In this document: piece by piece, positions 12,568 to 25,557 of the stretch
How the letters are laid out: the number at the start of each line of letters is the position of its first letter
Position numbering within the stretch: position 1 is the stretch's first letter
NCBI RefSeq assembly: GCF_964213995.1
Contig: NW_027590210.1
Location: 620,001-684,000 of the forward strand
Length of the DNA stretch: 64,000 nucleotides
From: Mustelus asterias
Lineage: Eukaryota
Reading direction: 5' to 3'
Notes under the pieces: model-generated
The model's input: the letters and a program-made list of their open reading frames with translations, nothing else
Told to the model about the DNA's origin: nothing
Databases searched by the model: none
Program-made: the position numbers and the translations under genes

Positions 12568-14543
12568 CACCTCAGGTGAGAAACAGAAGAAACAAGCAAT
12601 ACAGAGAGAATGATATACAATATAAGGGAGCAGGCTGTCAGTTCCCAGCTATGGGGAGCAGAGGGAACTCAGTAACTGATCCACAGACACAGCTGGTTAT
12701 ATCTGCGAATGGAAACTCTGAACAGAAATAACTGGCTCATTTGTAAATGTCACCACAATGTGACCTGTGTGACTCTGCCCTGACTCTGTGGACAGATATC
12801 GGCCGCATTGACAGATGTTCTCACCAGATTGTTGTCCCTGGATTTATTTTCTGCTCAGAAGTGAGATGTGCGTTTTTGAACCGGCAGCAGAGAAACAGCA
12901 AGTTGTATTACCTGAGAATGAAACAGCCGGTGTCACTTTGATGTTATCACCGTGAACAGTCTTCCTTCCTGTGAGGGTGAACTCACTCTGACAGCATCAA
13001 GAGCAACCACACAGATTGATGCTGGTCTCAACATTACATTCACCTCTATTCCCATTTTAAACAATAAAGAAAGGAGATTATTTGGACTTTTAACACATTC
13101 ACTGAATTGGGAGATGGACTGAGGGTCATCACTGGGAGAAATGAGGAATTAGAGAACAAATGAGTTTTCCCAAAGAGGGTTATTAGAAAAGAGGAGATTT
13201 AAAGTGAGTCAGGGCCTGTCAGAGGAAGTGGGAGAGAGAAACAGAGAGGATTGAATCTCCATCAATTAGATGTTTTCTCAGACAGCGAAGAGATGAAGTG
13301 TGTTTGTGCTTTTTCAGACAGAGGTAATGAGAGAGAGAAAACAATGAATAAGTTTAAGCATTATCTGAAATAGGAAGGTTAAATGAGTGAGTGTTTGAAA
13401 GAAAGATAGAGAGACATTAAGTGATGAAGACAGTTTCTGAGAGGAGAGAGGTTAAGTGAATGTGAGAGAGGAGCGAGGTTAGAGTGGAAGAGAGATGGAA
13501 GGTAAGGTAAGTGTGAGTGAATGCCTGGAGAGAGAGAGAGAGACGTTCAGTGAGTGTGAGAGAGATGAGAGGTGTTGAGTGATTGAGTTTCTGAGAGAGA
13601 GGAGATGTTAAGTGAGTGAATGTCTGAAAGAGAGGAGAGCAGGTTCACACCCAGGGATCACTGAGAATGATCAAAATAAGGAGATCACCCAGAAAACTAC
13701 CAACAGGAAACTTCAGCTGAACACATCACTCATTCTTAAATGGTCAGTCAGGACTCTGATGCTTCACTCTGTTCTGTTTATAATGGTTAAAGGCTGATAG
13801 GAGTGAGGCTTATTTAGAAGGATAGTGTATGGGAAGCACACAACAAAACTGAGAATTCTTGGACACACACTGCAGCTCCTTCTCTATCTGGGAATCAAAT
13901 TGTTGTCTAATTGTCCCAGCAGTTAACAGGCTCCTTTGAACGTCTCCAGCTGCTACTTTAATGCAGACTTCAACCAATTTATTTGAAGCCAGTTTCTGGT
14001 CAATAAACCAGGACTGACACACACACACATTAAAATGTTTTAGACTTTTTTTCATTTTTAGTCTGGAAACCTAAACCTGCCGTTTCACTCTCAGTCAGGA
14101 ATAGATCCCAGTTTTACACCAATCTTTGACAGCACGTTTCCAGCATTCACCGTTGTTCTTCCTGACTCTAAACACAGTTGTGAAGGAGCTTCTGTTCCGT
14201 GTCTAGGAGCTCTGAACCATGGAAAAGAACGACTGGGACACATTTCTTACACACCTCAGGATTCACCCACACGGGGACTTTGCTGTCAGTGAAAAGTGAC
14301 GAAAAAGACCAAAGTGCTGTGTGACCCTCTCAGCGAGACCCTGAAGGACTGGGTCAAGAATGAAGTTCTGTTCCTACTGTGTGATCCTCCCTCAGATTGC
14401 CCTTTCTGAGCTCCAGCCTGGTGACGTTAAACACTCAAATGGAAAAGACAAAAATCTACAACAATGATTCAATCAAATGTCTATTTCACATTTATTCAGA
14501 ATATTAAACCTCAACAGAAGAAAAAAGTCAGAGTGAACATGAT

Positions 14544-15608
14544 TCAGAACTGGATATGATTCACAGCATCAATAAGTGTAGAATCCAAACCTTGCAGTCG
14601 TTTGTGAACTCGCCGGTGTGTTAGCAGGTGGGATGACTGAATAAATCCCTTTCCACAGACAGAGCAGGTAAATGGCCTCTCCCCACTGTGAACTCTCTGA
14701 TGTGTCAGCAGGTTGGATGACTGACTGAATCCCTTCCCACACGTGGTGCAGGTGAACGGCCTCTCCCCAGTGTGAACTCGCTGGTGATTCAATAGGTTGG
14801 ATAAACGAGTGAATCCCTTCCCACAAACGGAGCAAGTGAATGGCCTCTCCTCACTGTGAACCTGCTGGTGTGTCAGAAGGTTGTATGAACGGGTGAATCC
14901 CTTCCCACATTCAGAGCAGGTGAACGGTCGATCCCCTGTGTGGAGTTGCTGGTGTATCAGAAGGTTGGATGAATTAATGAATCCCTTCCCACAGTCTGAG
15001 CAGGTGAAGGGCCTCTCCCCAGTGTGAATTCGCTGGTGGTTCAATAGGGCAGATGGACGGCTGAATCCCTTCCCACACGTGGAGCAGGTGAACGGCCTCT
15101 CCCCAGTGTGAGCATATTGGTGCGTCAGCAGATCCTTTTTATTTTTAAAGCTCTTCTCACAGTCGGAACAATTAAAAAGTTTGTTATCAGAGTGAACAAG
15201 TTGATGTGTCTGCAAGTGGGATGACTGAATGAATCCTTTCCCACACACAGAGCAGGCGAATGGTCTCTCCCCAGTGTGAATTCGGTGGTGTGTCAGCAGA
15301 TCCTTTTTGCATTTAAAACTCCTCCCACAGTCAGAACATGTAAACAGTCTCTCATCAGTGTGAACAAGTTGGTGTGTCACAATGTGGGATGAGCGAGTGA
15401 ATCCCTTCCCACACACAGGGCAGGGGAACGGCCTCTCCCCAGTGTGAACCCGTTGGTGAGTCAGAAGATTGTATGAATGGGTGAATCCCTTCCCACAGAC
15501 GGAGCAGGTGAACGGTCTCTCCCCAGTGTGACTGCGCCGATGAACTTCCAATTGTGATGGGAAACCAAATCCCTTCCCACAATCCACACATTTCCACAGT
15601 TTCTCCAT
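14544..15608 (-). CDS. C2H2 zinc-finger protein, 12 intact fingers, no KRAB seen
   Basis: 354-aa ATG-initiated ORF with 12 C2H2 fingers; acceptor ttttacag|gatatt near 15968; CpG promoter at 16.8-17.0 kb. Confidence 0.92.
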   Translation of the reverse strand: MEKLWKCVDCGKGFGFPSQLEVHRRSHTGERPFTCSVCGKGFTHSYNLLTHQRVHTGERPFPCPVCGKGFTRSSHIVTHQLVHTDERLFTCSDCGRSFKCKKDLLTHHRIHTGERPFACSVCGKGFIQSSHLQTHQLVHSDNKLFNCSDCEKSFKNKKDLLTHQYAHTGERPFTCSTCGKGFSRPSALLNHQRIHTGERPFTCSDCGKGFINSSNLLIHQQLHTGDRPFTCSECGKGFTRSYNLLTHQQVHSEERPFTCSVCGKGFTRLSNLLNHQRVHTGERPFTCTTCGKGFSQSSNLLTHQRVHSGERPFTCSVCGKGFIQSSHLLTHRRVHKRLQGLDSTLIDAVNHIQF

Positions 15609-16195
15609 GGTGCTGGTGTCCTTGTGTTTCTCCAGGTTGGATGATCAGTTAAAGTCTGGTGCACACACACAACATGCATATAGTTTCACCCTACTGTGAA
15701 AAGTGTGATGTTTCTTCAGGCTGTGTAACTGGTTAAAGATCTTTCCATCGTCAGTTCACTGGAACACACTCACTCAACTGTGTGTTTGTCCCGATGCTTT
15801 TCCGGTCACACAGATGTTCAATTTCTTTGCCCACAGGCAGAACAGACAAATATTTCTCCTTCCACATTCAAAGACCAACGATATTCAGCTTCTAAGGAAC
15901 TGAATGACTTTGTCAGATGTGATGTCCGGTTTGAGTTTTCTGTCTGCCGTTCCTTCACTTCGAATATCCTGTAAAAAACAGTTTAGAAAAGTCATCACTG
16001 TCAGAACAGGATAGAAATTCTGAACAATTCCAGTTTCTCTGGAACTTTTTTCCTCTCTTGTTCCCCCAAATCTGTAAATCCCTGTCCCACACACTCTCCT
16101 TCCTCCCTGGGCTGAAATCCAAACCCATCTCCACCATTTCTTTCCTCCACTCCCAGTTTTCTCCCTCCCTCTCCTCTGTCTGGGTTCAGTTCATG

Positions 16196-16393
16196 ATGTG
16201 GCTTTAAGGCTTGATTAGCTGTAAGTATTCGCATTCCAACCATTATTCTGTAAATTGAGTTTGTGTCTTTATATACCCTGTTTGTGAACAGAATTCCCAC
16301 TCTCCTGAAGGAGCTTAAGGCTCCGAAAGCTTGTGGCTTTTGCGACCAAATAAACCCGTTGAACTTTAACCTGGTGTTGTTAAACTCCTTACT
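16196..16393 (+). mobile_element. Penelope-like pLTR copy in the zinc-finger gene's presumed first intron
   Basis: Matches 10320-10516. Confidence 0.75.
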
Positions 16394-16759
16394 GGGTTCA
16401 GTTCTCCAGCTCCTGTCTGCAGACTGACAATAAAACCAGTGGGTCTTATTGGGGGTGTTGGGGCCTCCAGAGGGTGTTGGTGAATCCTCCCCGCCCACCT
16501 CCCAGGGTTTCCTTCCTTCCCAGAGATCAGAGTCCTCATTGATTTGAGGTCAAAGTGTAACCTCTTATTTATTGTCCCCCTCCCCCATCCTCTGATGTGA
16601 ACCATCCTCCAGTGGCTGAGCCAGGATGGGACCGTTAACCTGGGCCTGTTCCCGGGAGGGAGGGAGGGAGAAGCCCCGCAGCTGCAAACCAGGGAGCTGA
16701 TGCAATGATTCTGAAGGGTTTGCGGATCCACAAAGTGTTTCCAAATCCTCCCCCAGCCA

Positions 16760-17050
16760 CCGCCTAACGCTGACTCCGCTTCCCCGGGACAAACAAGCGC
16801 CAAGGGCAGCAATGACACTGCGCATGCTCCACATCACAATGCCCGGGGACTGATTGACGGCAGCTCCGGACCAATAGGAAGAGGGGGCGGGGCTGGAGGA
16901 CCGAGCGGGAGCGGCTGGTCCTCCGTCCAATCGGAGTGAATGAGGGGCGGGACCTGAAGCATGCGCAGTGCGGGTAATGGCGGCGGACGGACGGTTTCAA
17001 CTTGGAAGCGAGATCAATACGAGGTAGAGGGCGGCGCGCGGGGAATGATA
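16760..17050 (-). promoter_or_regulatory. CpG-rich palindromic promoter of the 12-finger gene
   Basis: Inverted NRF1-like sites at 16816-16828 and 16958-16970, two CCAAT boxes, two GGGGCGGG boxes and a YY1-like ATGGCGGC. Confidence 0.65.
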
Positions 17051-17234
17051 AATGTGGCGGGTGGGTGGAGAGGCTTCGTAAACATGTTGTTCAAACCCTG
17101 GAAATGAACTTCCCGGTCCCCCCCCCCTTTGTACCAAATGGAGCGGCGGCTTGTAGTGTTAGACCCGGGCTGACTGCCGCCATTGAGGCTGCATGTGGGA
17201 GGCCGGCAGGGATTGTGACCGGAGAGTGAAGCCC

Positions 17235-17429
17235 TGACGTCACAATGGAATGGGTGTGGGTGTGACGTCACAATGGAATGGGTGAGGGTGTGACGTCACA
17301 ATGGAATGGGTGAGGGTGTGACGTCACAATGGAATGGGTGAGGGTGTGACGTCACAATGGAATGGGTGAGGGTGTGACGTCACAATGGAATGGGTGAGGG
17401 TGTGATGTCACAATGGAATGGGTGAGGGT
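17235..17429. repeat. Minisatellite of 7 x 28 bp; 6 units carry a perfect CRE (TGACGTCA)
   Basis: Unit TGACGTCACAATGGAATGGGTGAGGGTG starting at 17235, 17263, 17291, 17319, 17347, 17375 and 17403. Confidence 0.92.
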
Positions 17430-17483
17430 TCCAGATGAGCTGAGACTGGGCTGGAGTCGGGCGATGGCACTGACATGTGACCC

Positions 17484-17775
17484 GGTGGCACAGTGGTTAG
17501 TGCAGCTGCCCAACAGCGCCAGGGACCCGGGTTCAATTCCAGCCTCGGGTCGCTGTCTGTGCAGAGTTTCTACATTCCCCCCGTGTCTGTGTGGGTTTCC
17601 TCCGGGTGTTCCGGTTTCCTCCCACAGTCCAAAGATATGCCGGTTAGACGGATTGGCCATGCTAAATTGCCACTTGGTATCAGGGGGATTAACAGGTAAA
17701 TATGTGGATAGGGCCTGGATGGGATTGTTGTCGGTGCAGGCTCGATGGGCTGAATGGCCTCCTTCTACACTGTAT
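17484..17775 (+). mobile_element. tRNA-derived shark SINE (HE1-like)
   Basis: A-box (GTGGCACAGTGG) and B-box (GGTTCAATTCC), gtgggtttcctccgggtg core and a CR1-like tail. Confidence 0.8.
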
Positions 17776-18205
17776 TTTATTATTCATTAGTGTTAATTAA
17801 TTACTATTAATGCTTCTATGAATGAAGGTGGTCTTGATGATGATGTGGACATGTGGCTGGAAGCTCATCTTGGGATGAACTATTTCACCCTGGTTGTGAA
17901 CAGCCTGGTTCAGCCTCAGACAGTTGCCAGGAGGAGAGATAAAGTTGTTGGCGAGGGAGTGGAGTTTGTCGTGGGGACTGAACACAATGGGTTCAGTCTT
18001 CCCAGTATTTATATGAAATAAATTTCTGTTCTTTCAGTACTGGATGCCAGACAAGTCAGGATGGTGTGTGAGTTGGAGAGGAACTTGGAGCTGATGGTGT
18101 TCACAGGGTTTGGAAATTCTGTCAAAGTTCCTGTTGAGTTGTAGATGTATAAAATCTCTCTCCTCACCTCCGGCCTCTCCTACTTCTCTCTGTTTCCACT
18201 CAGAG

Positions 18206-18625
18206 TGTGGAGATGCCGGCGTTGGACTGGGGTAAACACAGTAAGAAGTCTCACAACACCAGGTTAAAGTCCAACAGGTTTATTTGGTAGCACAAGCCAC
18301 AAGCTTTTGGAGCGCTGCCCCTTCATCAGGTGAGTGGGAGTCGTGTTCCCAAACAGGGCATATAAAGACACAAACTCAATTTACAAGATAATGGTTGGAA
18401 TGTGAGTCTTTACACGTAATCAAGTCTTAAAGGTACAGACAATGTGAGTGGAGAGAGGATTAAGCACAGATTAAAGAGGTGTGTTTTGCAAGCATGTGGA
18501 GATGCAGGCGTTGGACTGGGGTAAACAGCAGTATGTAGCCGAACAACACCAGGTTAAAGTCCAACAGGTATATTTGGTAGCAAACGCCACTAGCTTTCGG
18601 AGCGTTGCTCCTTGGTCAGGTGAAG
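18206..18625 (-). mobile_element. Two tandem Penelope-like pLTR copies
   Basis: tgtggagatgc starts near 18206 and 18495. Confidence 0.75.
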
Positions 18626-18715
18626 GACAGTTAGTGAGATTTTGCAACCCTCGGCAAGTCGTGGGGGTTTACAGATTGTGTGACATGAACCCAAGATCCC
18701 GGTTGAGGCATAATA

Positions 18716-19085
18716 AGAGAAGAAGCCTAAGCATCTTCTCAGTGCTTTTGCACTAGCAGGTAAGGGAAGTTCAGAAAGGGGGCGCATACGGTCTGGATCA
18801 GGGCCAATGACCCCGTTTTCCACCACGTATCCTAGGATGGCTAAACGGCGCGTACGAAACACACACTTCTCCCTGTTGTAGGTCAGGTTCAGGCGAGATG
18901 CAGTGCGTAGGAAGTTCAGGAGATTTGTGTCGTGGTCCTGCTGGTCATGGCCGCAGATGGTGACGTTATCCAGGTACGGGAAGGTAGCCCGCAGCCCGTT
19001 CTGGTCCACCATTCGGTCCATAGCACGCTGGAAGACCGAGACCCCATTGGTGACACCAAAGGGAACCCTGAGAAAGTGATACAAG
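18716..19085 (-). mobile_element. Ty3/Gypsy reverse-transcriptase fragment
   Basis: YHFLRVPFGVTNGVSVFQRAMD...YLDNVTICG...KCVF...ILGYVV...LRRCLGFFSYY. Confidence 0.85.
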
Positions 19086-19309
19086 CGACGGTCAGCTCAC
19101 ACAGGGTGACAGTATCTCAGATCGATATTGCAAATGTAAGTTCCGATCATTAACTAATGTAATTGCAACTGGACCACACCAGTTGCTGTTTTTGAGTGTT
19201 GTCTTTTGTTGCAATGTTAAGAATCTCCATCACTCTCTCTGTGGAAACTGAATTACCCGCGTGTGTGCGCGCGCACCCTGCTGGGCACTAACTGGAACTG
19301 CCAGTGTGG

Positions 19310-19349
19310 GGTTTTTGCACGGCATTCGCTATATCTCTGCAGCAGTGTG
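19310..19349 (-). other. 23-type RSS of V1 (24-nt spacer)
   Basis: CACACTG, 24 nt, GCAAAAACC on the minus strand, directly after the coding end. Confidence 0.85.
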
Positions 19350-19847
19350 GGCTCCATGGCACAGAAGTACCCGGCGCTGTCGGAAATCAGTGTGTTACTG
19401 ATCGTCAGCTCGCTAGTCTTGTTCTTTTTATCAAATTTGGAAGAAAACCGATCATTGAGGTCGGGATTCTTTTGTACATTCTCTCCAATAAGCTGAAACA
19501 TGTACACTGGAGCTTTCCCGGGCTGCTGACTGTACCAGTACACATAAGGGCTGGAATCGCTTGTTTTCAAAGTGCAGGTTAGTGTGACATCATTTTCCTC
19601 TTTAACCTTTATTACAGGATCCAATTGTTCCACTTCGTCTTGGTGGCTCCTTTCTAACAGAAACAACAGCAATATGACAATCAGAGTTAGCCTCAGATTA
19701 AACGACACAATTATCATTATCACTATTGTTTTATCAACAAGAATATCTGGGTTACAGCAGTCAGGAGGAGCTTGTAGTTTTACTGGGAAGAAAATACTTA
19801 CTGAGAAGTGAGAGAATGATGAGGATCGGAGTGAGATAGTTCACCAT
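19350..19847 (-). CDS. TCR alpha/delta-like V segment 1 (leader exon 19847-19802, V exon 19653-19350), apparently intact
   Basis: Leader MVNYLTPILIILSLL with GTAAGT donor splices in frame to DEVEQ...TLTC...WYSQQPGKAP...DSAGYFCAMEP. Confidence 0.9.
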
Positions 19848-20208
19848 GATGCTTCCTGAGTCTGTAACTCTGCAATGAGTGAAATCCTGTCAGAGACAGA
19901 AAGACACTGTTCCACTGCACTGCTGATCCAACCAATGAGAGGAATGGAGCAGCGGCAGCAATCCGTCCAATCACACAATAGGTTCAGAGTGAGAGCAGAA
20001 AACGGAAGTCGTGGGCGGGGATGCAGGAGACAAAATATTGAGTGAAGTGTGAGGCAGCTTCAGCTGCACCCGGAACGGAAATAGCGAGACTTCCATCTCC
20101 GGAATCTGTCACCATTCTGCACCTGCTCACTGTCCAAGTGACTGAGAAGAAATAGAGAGGGAGGGGCATAACGGGGCCAGGGACATGAACAAAATAGAAA
20201 CATATTCT

Positions 20209-21060
20209 ATTGGAAAGACGGAGGATGAGGGGAGACTTAATAGAGGTGTATAAAATTATGAAAGGCATAGATAGGGTGAACGGTGGGAAGCTTTTCCCCG
20301 GGTCGGTGGTGACGTTCACGAGGGGTCATAGGTTCAAGGTGAAGGGGGGGAGGTTTAACACAGATATCAGAAGGACATATTTTACACAGAGGGTCGTGGG
20401 GACCTGGAATGTGTTGCCGGGCAAGGTGGTGGAGGCGGACAGACTGGGAACGTTTAAGACTTATCTAGACAGCTATATGAACGGAGTGGGAATGGAGGGA
20501 TACAAAAGAGTGGTCTACTTTGGACCAGGGAGCGGCACGGGCTAATTGTTCTTTGTTTCTCGTTTCAAGGCTTCATTCTATGATCATCTTGCTGGTGCCA
20601 GTACAGAGCGAGACTGCGGATAGTTGGGAACCTGTCTCGGGGGCAGGGAATTCAGATGGTGTTCGTAAAGCAGAAGTGGAAATGAATAGGGTTGGGAAGC
20701 ATTTTCTGATCAGGGCCAGTGTGATCTCCTGGACTCGTTTCGATCGCCTCAGGGGGTCGGAGAGGAATTTCCCAGATTTTTTTTCCCCATATTGGCCCTG
20801 GGGTTTTCACTCTGGGTTTTCGCCTCTCCCTGGAGATCACATGGTCTGGAATGGGGGGTGGGGGTGAGTTAATAGGTTGTGATGAACAAAGCATCGTAGC
20901 TGTGAGGGACAGCTCGGTGGATAGGATATTAGGATGTAGATAGGCTGGAAAATTGGGCGGGGATCCTGGATTCAGGATTCAATCCTGGACCGGGGAGCGG
21001 CGCAGGCTTGGAGGGCCGAAGGGCCTGTTCCTGTGCTGTATTGTTCTTTGTTCTTTTGTT
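20209..21060 (+). mobile_element. CR1 3' fragment with a nested ~450-bp insertion
   Basis: ERRRMRGDLIEVYKIMKG...TRGHRFK motif; the tail is interrupted between the direct repeats ggaccagggagcggc (~20522) and ggaccggggagcggc (~20986). Confidence 0.7.
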
Positions 21061-21249
21061 CTTTGTATAGCGTATCAATGCAGGAGATGAGGCCACTCGG
21101 CCCATGGTATCTTTGCCTAACAGAATTCAGAATTGATGTGGAGAATTCAGAATTGATGTGGAGAATTCAGAATTACAGAATTCTTCAATTCAGCTTTCAA
21201 ACCCCGCATCTCTCACAGTGACTGCATTTTTCTGCTTTCAACTTATCTC

Positions 21250-21650
21250 TCATTCCCTCCTGAAACTTACTATGAATGCACTGAACTCATTCGGGAGGGG
21301 TGTGTTGGAGGGGGCGATTTTACATGCCTTCATCTTGGAGCCTGTTATGTTTTGCACAACATGCCACAGTCGGTGCGGGTCTGTGTGGCTAGCCTGCGAC
21401 TCTTGTTTGGTCCAGTAATGTCTTTTGGCATCTTTGATGAATCTCCTTAGATGATATCTGACTTTCCTGCATAAGTCAGGGTCGCCTGACTTGAACGCCT
21501 CAGACCGAGACTTCAGCAAACAGTGGATAGCCCTGTTCATACATAGTTTCCTGTTGGGGATTTGTTTCTTGGGCACATAATCTTCCACACACTTACTAAT
21601 GAAGTCAGTTACTGTAGCAGCGTACTGGTTCAGGATGGTCGCAGAGTTTT
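21250..21650 (-). mobile_element. Rex1/Babar-like LINE fragment
   Basis: EDYVPKKQI.PNRK..MN....LLKSRSEAFKSGD......RY.LRR.IKDAKR.Y linker motif. Confidence 0.6.
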
Positions 21651-21884
21651 TAAATGCTGATCAGACCACTGACTCGAAGCAGCCCCGAAGGAGATAATCC
21701 AATTCCTCGGACCAACAGTTCACGGCTTTTTTTGACTGATTTCGTCAAACAATATACGTTTGCTATCAATGCTCATATATATTTTTGCTTCGAAATAGCT
21801 CTTTTATTTACATTTTCTCAATATTGTTACTGGCCACGGTTGTGAGTCTCGAATGCACTCCGACATTGAACCGAACTCGGTATC

Positions 21885-21918
21885 CCACTGCCGCCTGGTG
21901 GCGGCGACCTGAACTGCA
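21885..21918 (-). promoter_or_regulatory. CTCF-like site with upstream TGCAG module
   Basis: Minus strand reads TGCAGTTC-AGGTCG-CCGCCACCAGGCGGCAGTGG. Confidence 0.55.
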
Positions 21919-23505
21919 AAATGCAGCTTTCGATCACCTGTGAGTCAAGTTTACGTTTAACAGTTTCCGGTCATAAATTCCACTGTTTTTATTTATGCAT
22001 TATTAGAATTTTAGATGTCACCCGGGGTGGAGAAGCTTATTTGATAAGTCCACCTCCTCCAGACAAAGACTATTGCACACATCCGAAGCATGGACATTCT
22101 GTCACTCAGCCGCTGTCCTCAGCTGCAAAGACAGAAAGATAAGCGGTGAATTTAGAATGTATCTATAATGCTAGATTTTACTCTCTGAAAAGTGCAGCAT
22201 TCTGAAAATATCAATTGAACCGGTTTTGTGCCTTCTTTCTCATAAGCAAAATAAACCAAATTAGTCGGTTCGATCCTGACTATATGCTGATTCAAAACCT
22301 CCAAACATTCTCCAAAATCTTGGCGTTCTCTCGACTTCTTCGTGCCCAGGATTTGAACAGAGAACTTCAGCAATGATTTCAGCAGATTTAGCATCATTTT
22401 CCGATATAAATACCAGCGGTATGAAGACAAAAGCAAAATACTGTGGATATTGGAATCAGAAACCGAAACAGAAAATGCTGGAAAATCTCAGCAGGCCTGA
22501 CAGCATCTGTGGGGGAGAGAAAAGAGCCAAAGTTCCGAGTCTAGAAGACTCTTCGTCAGACCTTCGTCTCAACAGTATAAAGGTCGCGTTGAAAAAACCC
22601 CAATTTATATTTCTGGCTGTGTCTTGGTATGTACTGCAGTCAACCATGAATCCACTCAACAGCCAAATTCCAGCGTGCATTAAACTGGATCCGCCAGCTG
22701 GGGACGCCAAAGAGACTCACCCAGCAACACATAGTCGGTTTTCTGGCTGAAATCGGGTTTTGTGTGCTGGTGAACTGCCATCTTGAACCGCTGCAGTCCC
22801 TGAGGTGTAGGTAAACCCACAGTGCTCCATTCACTGCCTCCCAGCTCTGAAACCAAGAATTGGGAAACAAACGTACGCTCAGCTGTTTGGAATTAGAAAG
22901 AAACCAAATGGTCTGACTGGATACCACCTTTTCATTCTCAGAAATGAACCAAACCGCAGAGGCATAGGACGTAACTCAACATTAACTTAAATCTTCACTA
23001 AAATCATTTCAGGCTCAGCCCGCTCTGTTCAACTCAACCAATAACTTCCTGCAAACATGTCGGTATTTGCTTTGTATTTGCTCCTCACAATTGCAGCTTT
23101 CTGAACTGACACTTTTACAAAGAACAAAATACTCCTCGTGCAGTCATGTGTTCTGTATTAACAGTATTTTCTCTCGATTTCTAAAGTGGTCTATCACATG
23201 ATGATGTGAAGCATAATTATCGGATGGTAAAAGCACCGGGTTTCATCTGGACAAAACGGGCAATGGCAGTAACAGCGCACTCTGGCTTCATTCAGCACCG
23301 TTCCGTCAACCCAGACAATGCACTGCAGACGAGAAATGAGGCAAAAGCATCAAATATTTCCCGGTGACCGAATATGTTACCGAGAATCATAGCAAAGCAT
23401 TCCTACAGTGCGGAAGGAGGCTATTCGGCCATCGAGCCTGCACCAACAACGATCCCACACAGGCACTATCCCCGTAACCCCATGTAACGCCTGGTAATCT
23501 CCCTG

Positions 23506-23905
23506 ATGTGGAGATGCCGGCGTTGGACTGGGGTAAGCACAGTAAGAAGTCTCACAACACCAGGTTAAAGTCCAACAGGTTTATTTGGTAGCAAATACCA
23601 TAAGCTTTCGGAGCGCTGCTCCTTCGTCAGATGGAGTGGTCTCTGTTCTCAAACAGGGCACAGACACAGAAATCAAATTACAGAATACTGATTAGAATGC
23701 AAATCTCTACAGCCAGCCAGGTCTTAAATGCACAGACAATGTGGGTGGAGGGAGCATTCAACACAGGTTAAAGAGATGTGTATTGTCTCCAGACAGTACA
23801 GCTTGTGAAATTGTGCAAGTCCAGGAGTCAAGCTGCGGGGGTTACTGATAATGTGACATAAATCCAACATCCCGATTTAGACCGTCCTCATGTGTGCGAA
23901 ACTTG
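23506..23905 (-). mobile_element. Penelope-like 3' end/pLTR copy
   Basis: pLTR plus the end of the ORF (KFAHMRTV.IGMLD), homologous to 10150-10551. Confidence 0.8.
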
Positions 23906-25140
23906 GCTTGATGAGGAAATCGAGACTCAGTGCCGATCTACTTGGATTTTGTGTTGATGAACGAGGTTTAGGGGGCAGAATGTTTTACATCCAGAATAAA
24001 GAGGGATCAAGTGTAATTGGTCGATCTTTCTTAAATATCTTCCATGTAAAAATATTTGATTTTGTTTAGAAGCTGCCTGTGGTCAGATAAACACCATGGG
24101 ATCTGGGTTACCCAATGATTCGATTTCTTTTCACACACAAACGCAGAAAGTGCTGGAAAACCTCAGCCGGTCTGACAGCATTTGTGGGGAGAAAGTAGAG
24201 CCAACGTTTCGAGTCTATTAGGTGACCCTTCGTCAGATAAATGTTGTTGACGAAGACAAACTGTGCACGGATTCCACAGAAACTCCTTCAAATTTGGATT
24301 GGACAATGACTTCACGCGGAAAAAAAACAGTTTCAGGGACTGAGAGGAGGATGTACGTTCTGAGGAAGGATCATCTAGACTGGAAAATGTTGCTCTGTTC
24401 TCTTCCCACAGATGCTCTCCGACCTTCTGAGATTTTCTGTTTTTGTTTCAGATTGCAGCCTCCGCAGTATTTTGTTTTTAACTCGATTTCTTTTGTTGGT
24501 CAGTCGTGTTTGCAATTCAATGTTGTGTATTTCAGATAAGTTCAATTCAGAATATTAAATAAATGTTTGGATATTAAATAAAATCAGGATATTCCTCTTG
24601 TCAGGGTGAGGATGTTGAGCTAGAATAAAACATAACCAGAACGGTACAGGCCATCAACTAAATGGTTGATGCTTCAATTGAAATCCCGAGGCAGAGTTTC
24701 CGAGGATAACGGAGCCAGGCCTGAGCAGCGGGAGGAGCTTCTTGTATTTGAAACGATCATTTGAACTGCACTTGGGTAGAATTCACATGAATAATTACCT
24801 CAAATTGAAATCAACGACTTCATTGTTGAACAATTAAGCAGTGAACACTTTTATCAATTAAAGTAACTGTAGTAAAGTAGGGCCCTGGTTTATAGAAAAT
24901 TGATTTGTTCACACATGATCGGAAAGAGAAGCAGCAGCGGATCAAAAAACCACATCCTTACACCGGAAGAGCATAGTCTGATTCCAGCCCATCAGATTGC
25001 AGAGAACCCGAGTGTCTGAAACGTTATCTGGTGCATCTTACATTCGGGGAATACTGAAGTTGTTGATTCACTTCGCGCTCTTCTGCTGTGAGCTGTGCTC
25101 CGTTTTCCTATTGACATTGTTACTGTCTCACACGGTGCAA

Positions 25141-25557
25141 ATGTATCTGTGCCTTGTCATTATGGTTCTACCAATTTGTAAGCGCAGGAAATTTACTCTG
25201 TAACCTATAGAGACTGTTTACTGATATTCATTTTGTTCCAGTGCCTCATTGTCTGAATGTTTTTACAGATCGGTGTCGCTCGGACCAAGTTTCACAAACT
25301 CCCACAGCGAGAACAGTCCAGAGCGGGGATTCGGTGCAGATAAACTGCAGTTATGACATTTCCAGCTTTTACAGAATGGATTGGTACAGGCAAAAACCCG
25401 GTCAGGGTCTGAAGTGGATAATAAGCGGATTCTCGGATGGCAAAGAGAGAAAGGAGCGATTCGAATTGGAACTTTCCACTGCGAGCAAATGGGGCCAGTT
25501 GATTATTGAAAACAGTGGGAGCGCGGATACCGCTCTGTATTACTGTGCGATAGAGCC
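25141..25557 (+). CDS. TCR alpha/delta-like V segment 2 (leader 25141-25177, V exon 25269-25557), apparently intact
   Basis: Leader MYLCLVIMVLPI with GTAAGC donor splices in frame to DQVSQTP...INCSY...WYRQKPGQGLKWI...DTALYYCAIEP. Confidence 0.92.

Noticed and set aside
12600-13040. Possible decayed leader exon (MLRPASICVVAL..., then GTGAGT) on the minus strand
   Set aside because: No V exon or RSS follows.
17484-17550. tRNA gene
   Set aside because: It is the tRNA-derived head of a SINE that continues into the SINE core and tail.
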